A stretch of DNA of 64,000 nt from an uncultured Collinsella sp. (GTDB taxonomy: Bacteria; Actinomycetota; Coriobacteriia; Coriobacteriales; Coriobacteriaceae): contig CABSYW010000010.1 in the NCBI GenBank assembly GCA_902482035.1, positions 381 through 64,380 of the forward strand, written 5' to 3'. Below the pieces are notes generated by a model, which searched no databases, was not told where the DNA came from, and worked only from the letters and a program-made list of their open reading frames with translations. Within the stretch, counting starts at the first letter, position 1. Each line of letters starts with the position of its first letter. The translations under genes were made by a program, and so were the position numbers. Positions 59,956 to 64,000 of this stretch are shown here, piece by piece.

Positions 59956-61374
59956 CTAACCTTCCTGCTCCTGATACTTCGAGATAAGGTCTCGGTACCA
60001 ATACCAGCTCTTTTTGGGGGTGCGCTCCAGATTGTTCTCGAAGTCGATATGGACAAGTCCGTATCGTTTTTCGTAGCCGTTGATCCAGCTATACAGATCC
60101 ATCGTCGACCAGAGGTAGTAGCCCTCAACGCACGCGCCGTCGCGCTTAGCCCTCATCATGTGCTCGATGAACTGGCCCAGAAGCTCAATGCGGTCATCAT
60201 CGTGGATCATTCCGTCTGCGTCTGGTTGCTCATAGGCGCCATGTCCGTTTTCCGTAATAAAGATGCGGGGCGCGTCATAGCGCTCGTGGACATCCATGAT
60301 GGTTGAATACATGCAACTTGGGAGTATTTCGCGGCCCCATTTATTGCGGGGAACATTGCTGTCGCGGGCGCTTTCAAACAAGGGCGCAATGCATTTTCCT
60401 TCGACCCTTTTGCTCGAACCGCCCTTATTGTTCGCCGAAACGGCAAGCTCTCCACCGTGCCAGTCGGTTACATACTCTCGGCAATACACGTTGAGTCCAA
60501 TAAAATCGACTTTACCGTCTCTGAATTCTTCTACGTCATTTGGGGATCGATAGAGCGAGACGCCAAGTTTTTCAAGGATTTCGTCCATTTCTGGCGGCAG
60601 TTGACCCTGAAGTGCTGGTGCCAGAATCATGCGATTGGCGAAAAAGTCTGCGTATCGAAATACGTCATCGGGGTGCTCGGTTGCCGGGTCGAGTTCGACA
60701 ACGCCGCCATCGTGGACGGCGCCGATGATGCCGTCGTAGCCCATTTGACGATATGCTCGGACTGCGAGTGCGCTTGCGCGCATCAGGTTGTACTGAAACT
60801 GCATGTACGACTGAACGTCGAGCGATCGATTGGGGGGATAGTTGCCCAACATGTTTACGCAGTAGCTGTAGAAATGCGGCTCGTTAACGGTAGCCCAGAT
60901 TTTGACGCGGTCTCCAAAGCGCTCAAAGCAAATCTTGGCGTATTTGCAGAACCACTCTGCCATATCGTTGTTCAGCCATCCGCCTTTGCAAGCAAGCGTG
61001 AATGGCAGATCGTAATGGAACAGCGTAACGTTGGGCTCTATGCCATTTTCGAGGCAGCAATCAATGACCCGATTATAAAAATCGATACCCTTTTCATTCA
61101 CTTCACCGATACCCGTGGGGATGATTCGACTCCATGAAAGAGAGAAGCGATAGGTGTTTTGTCCGCCTTCTTTCATCATGCGGATATCTTCTTCATAGCG
61201 ATGGTAGAAGTCGCAAGATACATCACCGTCAACATGGTTGATGTTCTTATTGCTTGTGTGGTTAAAGAAATCCCACTCGCCAAGGCCTTTGCCGTCTTCG
61301 TTCCAGGCACCCTCGCACTGATAAGACGCCGTGGCGGAACCCCAGAGAAACGGGATGTTGTTCACGTTGCCCAT
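59956..61374 (-). CDS. Glycoside hydrolase family 1 (6-phospho-beta-glucosidase-like)
   Basis: FLWGSATASYQCEG, DFYHRYEED, TVNEP, FITENG, YEKRYG. Confidence 0.93.
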   Translation of the reverse strand: MGNVNNIPFLWGSATASYQCEGAWNEDGKGLGEWDFFNHTSNKNINHVDGDVSCDFYHRYEEDIRMMKEGGQNTYRFSLSWSRIIPTGIGEVNEKGIDFYNRVIDCCLENGIEPNVTLFHYDLPFTLACKGGWLNNDMAEWFCKYAKICFERFGDRVKIWATVNEPHFYSYCVNMLGNYPPNRSLDVQSYMQFQYNLMRASALAVRAYRQMGYDGIIGAVHDGGVVELDPATEHPDDVFRYADFFANRMILAPALQGQLPPEMDEILEKLGVSLYRSPNDVEEFRDGKVDFIGLNVYCREYVTDWHGGELAVSANNKGGSSKRVEGKCIAPLFESARDSNVPRNKWGREILPSCMYSTIMDVHERYDAPRIFITENGHGAYEQPDADGMIHDDDRIELLGQFIEHMMRAKRDGACVEGYYLWSTMDLYSWINGYEKRYGLVHIDFENNLERTPKKSWYWYRDLISKYQEQEG

Positions 61375-61525
61375 GAATCCCCTTTCCATCATTCAACACG
61401 GTGGATACGTGTGGCGGAATTACGATTAAGATGACGTCAACTGATTTGAATCATAGGAGAACGACCAAAGCTGTTTGATTCAATAAATGAACTATGATTT
61501 CGAGGAGAGCGGAAAGAGGGATCAC

Positions 61526-62362
61526 GTGAATATCAATGACTTCGATGTGCTCAATCGCATTAGCTCCATCATCAACAGCGAGTTTGGGTCAAACGATGCC
61601 GCCATCGTTCGATATCTCATCGCTCACATTAGGCGTTCGAGCGAAATCAATGTTGCCACAATAACCCGCGATGCATTCGTGACCCGTTCCGCTGTTCGTC
61701 GTTTCTGCAATCGATTGGGCTACCAGTCTCTTAGCGATTTGAAAGAATCATTTACTCAATCAGTCTTTCCAAGCGACTTAAGCCATCGAGAGGAGGAATT
61801 AGGCTACGAGGAGTACAGGGCAGAGCTCGACGTTCGCATGATCGAGATGTTCGCTGAGGTTGAAAGCGGCGTGTCCGATATCGCTATTAAGCACCTTGCC
61901 GACGAAATTGATGGCCATAAAAACGTTGAAATCTGGTGCACCAATAATGTGAGCGCCAATCTCGTACGATTTCAGCAGGAAATGTTTTATGCGGGCAAGA
62001 TAGTTCGCATAGTTGCTGGGGCTAACGTCGCGGAATTGAAAAACATGGGAGACGCTTCGCAGTCATTGATAATTCTCGTATCGGTCTCCGGGCTATTTGC
62101 GTCCCAGGCGCGTGAGTATCTTGATTGCCGTTCGGGCAGGAAGATTCTAATTACTGCGTTTAGCAACGATGACAAATCGAGGTCTTTTGACCGTGTATAT
62201 CGTCTTGGTAATGCGGGAAACGGAATTGACCGACTCGGCGTTTATTCGAAATACGCCATGACCTATTTCTTCGACTTGCTATCGTCGTGTTACTTGAGTC
62301 GCTACCCCTGCACCAAGGGGGAGCCGCTCTATGGGTCTACTTTGGTCTGGCCCGAGCAGTAG
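61526..62362 (+). CDS. MurR/RpiR family transcriptional regulator
   Basis: HTH TRSAVRRFCNRLGYQSLSDLK; SIS-like ILVSVSG; divergent from the GH1-PTS pair; GTG start after AAGAGGG. Confidence 0.82.
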   Translation: MNINDFDVLNRISSIINSEFGSNDAAIVRYLIAHIRRSSEINVATITRDAFVTRSAVRRFCNRLGYQSLSDLKESFTQSVFPSDLSHREEELGYEEYRAELDVRMIEMFAEVESGVSDIAIKHLADEIDGHKNVEIWCTNNVSANLVRFQQEMFYAGKIVRIVAGANVAELKNMGDASQSLIILVSVSGLFASQAREYLDCRSGRKILITAFSNDDKSRSFDRVYRLGNAGNGIDRLGVYSKYAMTYFFDLLSSCYLSRYPCTKGEPLYGSTLVWPEQ

Positions 62363-62374
62363 CGGCTCTATAGT

Positions 62375-62453
62375 TCTCCCGTCTGGAGAATGAGCGTGGA
62401 TAATCTCCGCTTTGGGCTTAGAGCCGCGCTAAAAGCGGGAGATTATCCACGCT
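62375..62453. repeat. Right copy of the direct repeat, extended into a 16-bp perfect inverted repeat
   Basis: AGCGTGGATAATCTCC (62393-62408)/GGAGATTATCCACGCT (62438-62453). Confidence 0.75.
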
Positions 62454-62669
62454 TGAACGTGCCGTGGAAGCACGATCGTGACCTATGTAATAGTGCAAGA
62501 GGGTCGGTATCGAAGGTCGATGCTGCAGATGTACTCCACCGTGACAAAGTGTTCCCTCGGGAAATGTCACCAGCGTAGCCAAATCCATCGTCCTTCATAT
62601 CCAAACTCAACAAAACCGCAGGTCACAGCTATATAGATACGCCCGGCACCGTGTATCTAGAGGTTTTCG

Positions 62670-62699
62670 TTGACAGCCCCCAAGGTTGCATCGTATTAT
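62670..62699 (+). promoter_or_regulatory. Sigma-A promoter of the tRNA-tuf operon
   Basis: TTGACA-18 nt-TATTAT. Confidence 0.7.
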
Positions 62700-62761
62700 C
62701 TTTTTCGTTCGCGGGGGCGGCGGTCCAAAAGACCAAAGGACCTGCGGATACTTGAACGATT

Positions 62762-62843
62762 GGGAGTTTGCCCGAGTGGTTAATGGGGACGGGCTGTAAA
62801 CCCGTTGGCTCTGCCTACATAGGTTCGAATCCTATAGCTCCCA
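62762..62843 (+). tRNA. tRNA-Tyr(GTA)
   Basis: GGGAGTTTGCCCGAGTGGTTAATGGGGACGGGCTGTAAACCCGT, long variable arm; CCA not encoded. Confidence 0.95.
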
Positions 62844-62853
62844 CCCGTCAAGT

Positions 62854-62929
62854 GCCTGTATAGCTCAGTCGGTAGAGCACTTCGTTGGTAACGAAGAGGT
62901 CACCAGTTCAAGTCTGGTTGCAGGCTCCA
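62854..62929 (+). tRNA. tRNA-Thr(GGT)
   Basis: GCCTGTATAGCTCAGTCGGTAGAGCACTTCGTTGGTAACGAAG...CAGGCTCCA. Confidence 0.96.
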
Positions 62930-62932
62930 TCC

Positions 62933-63009
62933 GGCGGTGTAGCTCAGTTGGTTAGAGCACACGGTTCATACCCGTGGCGTCACTGGTTCGAATCCAGTCA
63001 CCGCTACCA
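62933..63009 (+). tRNA. tRNA-Met(CAT), elongator type
   Basis: GGCGGTGTAGCTCAGTTGGTTAGAGCACACGGTTCATACCCGTG...CACCGCTACCA. Confidence 0.93.
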
Positions 63010-63105
63010 TAGGTAACACGGTGGCTTCTCAATAGTATGTTGAGAGGCCACTATGGTATAAAGGCAAAGTCCCGTCCGGGGACGACCTGTTTAGAGGAGG
63101 GCTTT

Positions 63106-64000
63106 ATGGCCAAAGAGAAGTTTGAGCGCACTAAGCCGCATGTTAACATCGGCACCATTGGTCACGTCGACCACGGCAAGACCACGCTGACCGCTGCCAT
63201 CACCAAGGTTCTCTCCGAGACCGAGGGCTGCAAGGCTGACTTCACTGCGTTCGAGAACATCGACAAGGCTCCCGAGGAGCGCGAGCGCGGCATCACGATC
63301 TCCGTTTCCCACGTTGAGTACGAGACCGCTGCCCGTCACTACGCTCACGTTGACTGCCCGGGCCACGCTGACTACGTCAAGAACATGATCTCCGGTGCTG
63401 CTCAGATGGACGGCGCTATCCTGGTCATCGCCGCTACCGACGGCCCCATGGCTCAGACCCGCGAGCACATCCTGCTCGCCCGTCAGGTCGGCGTTCCCTA
63501 CATCGTCGTCTTCCTGAACAAGTGCGACATGGTCGACGATGACGAGCTCATCGACCTCGTCGAGATGGAGACCCGTGAGCTCCTCTCCGAGTACGATTTC
63601 CCCGGCGACGACATCCCCGTCATCCGTGGTTCCGCTCTGGGCGCTCTCGAGGGCGACGCCAAGTGGATGGACGCCATCCGCGAGCTCATGAAGGCTGTCG
63701 ACGAGTACATCCCGACGCCTGCTCGTAACAACGACCTCCCGTTCCTGATGGCCGTTGAGGACGTTATGACCATCTCCGGCCGTGGTACCGTTGCTACTGG
63801 CCGTGTCGAGCGCGGTGAGCTCAAGCTCAACGAGCCCGTCGAGATCGTCGGCATCAAGGATACCCAGAACACCGTCGTTACCGGTATCGAGATGTTCCGT
63901 AAGTCCATGGACTTCTGCGAGGCTGGCGACAACGTCGGTCTGCTGCTCCGCGGCATCAAGCGCGAGGACATCGAGCGCGGCCAGGTTCTCTGCAAGCCCG
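63106..64000 (+). CDS. tuf: Elongation factor Tu, 3'-truncated by the window (absent from the ORF track)
   Basis: [46 protein letters not shown]. Confidence 0.98.
   Translation, partial: MAKEKFERTKPHVNIGTIGHVDHGKTTLTAAITKVLSETEGCKADFTAFENIDKAPEERERGITISVSHVEYETAARHYAHVDCPGHADYVKNMISGAAQMDGAILVIAATDGPMAQTREHILLARQVGVPYIVVFLNKCDMVDDDELIDLVEMETRELLSEYDFPGDDIPVIRGSALGALEGDAKWMDAIRELMKAVDEYIPTPARNNDLPFLMAVEDVMTISGRGTVATGRVERGELKLNEPVEIVGIKDTQNTVVTGIEMFRKSMDFCEAGDNVGLLLRGIKREDIERGQVLCKP

Noticed and set aside
62442..62451. DnaA-box-like TTATCCACG (also on the minus strand at ~58344 and ~62395)
   Set aside because: One mismatch to TTATCCACA, part of a repeat family, and no dnaA or box cluster; not an origin
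56374..62453. Prophage or ICE at tRNA-Thr suggested by the excisionase-like HTH
   Set aside because: No integrase, phage or conjugation genes, and no duplicated tRNA-Thr 3' end seen

Overview
High-GC chromosomal window from a Coriobacteriia (Actinomycetota) gut anaerobe. Gene content and intergenic style are most consistent with Collinsella (my inference; no database search was run). It is mostly core genes: yebC, amaP-DUF2273-asp23, groES/EL, an FMN-riboswitch/RibU ECF transporter, argCJBD with tandem ARG boxes, asnB, murE, murI-rph-rdgB-dtd, veg-ispE, tatA, greA-lysS, clpC, pepD, a Mn-riboswitch/mntP, disA-ispDF-cysS-rlmB-NYN, six tRNAs and the 5' part of tuf. The accessory or unexplained elements are: (1) a 1479-aa double-ATPase/Fe-S 'activase + dehydratase-like' fusion with a TetR gene and a perfect operator; (2) a frameshifted hipBA module with three operators at 27-bp pitch; (3) a stand-alone HTH-HipA-like kinase behind a perfect 28-bp inverted repeat; (4) a PTS/GH1/RpiR sugar cassette between tRNA-Thr and tRNA-Tyr, bracketed by a 30-bp direct repeat and preceded by a fixed-geometry 80-bp palindromic array; (5) tRNA-Val 3'-end tandem repeats next to an AT-rich element with terminal inverted repeats; (6) a dispersed GGGAC-core REP/REPIN-like family that often starts exactly at stop codons, plus several long nested hairpins. 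The argCJBD-asnB-murE-murI neighbourhood may be an ornithine/D-Asx peptidoglycan supply cluster (inference).
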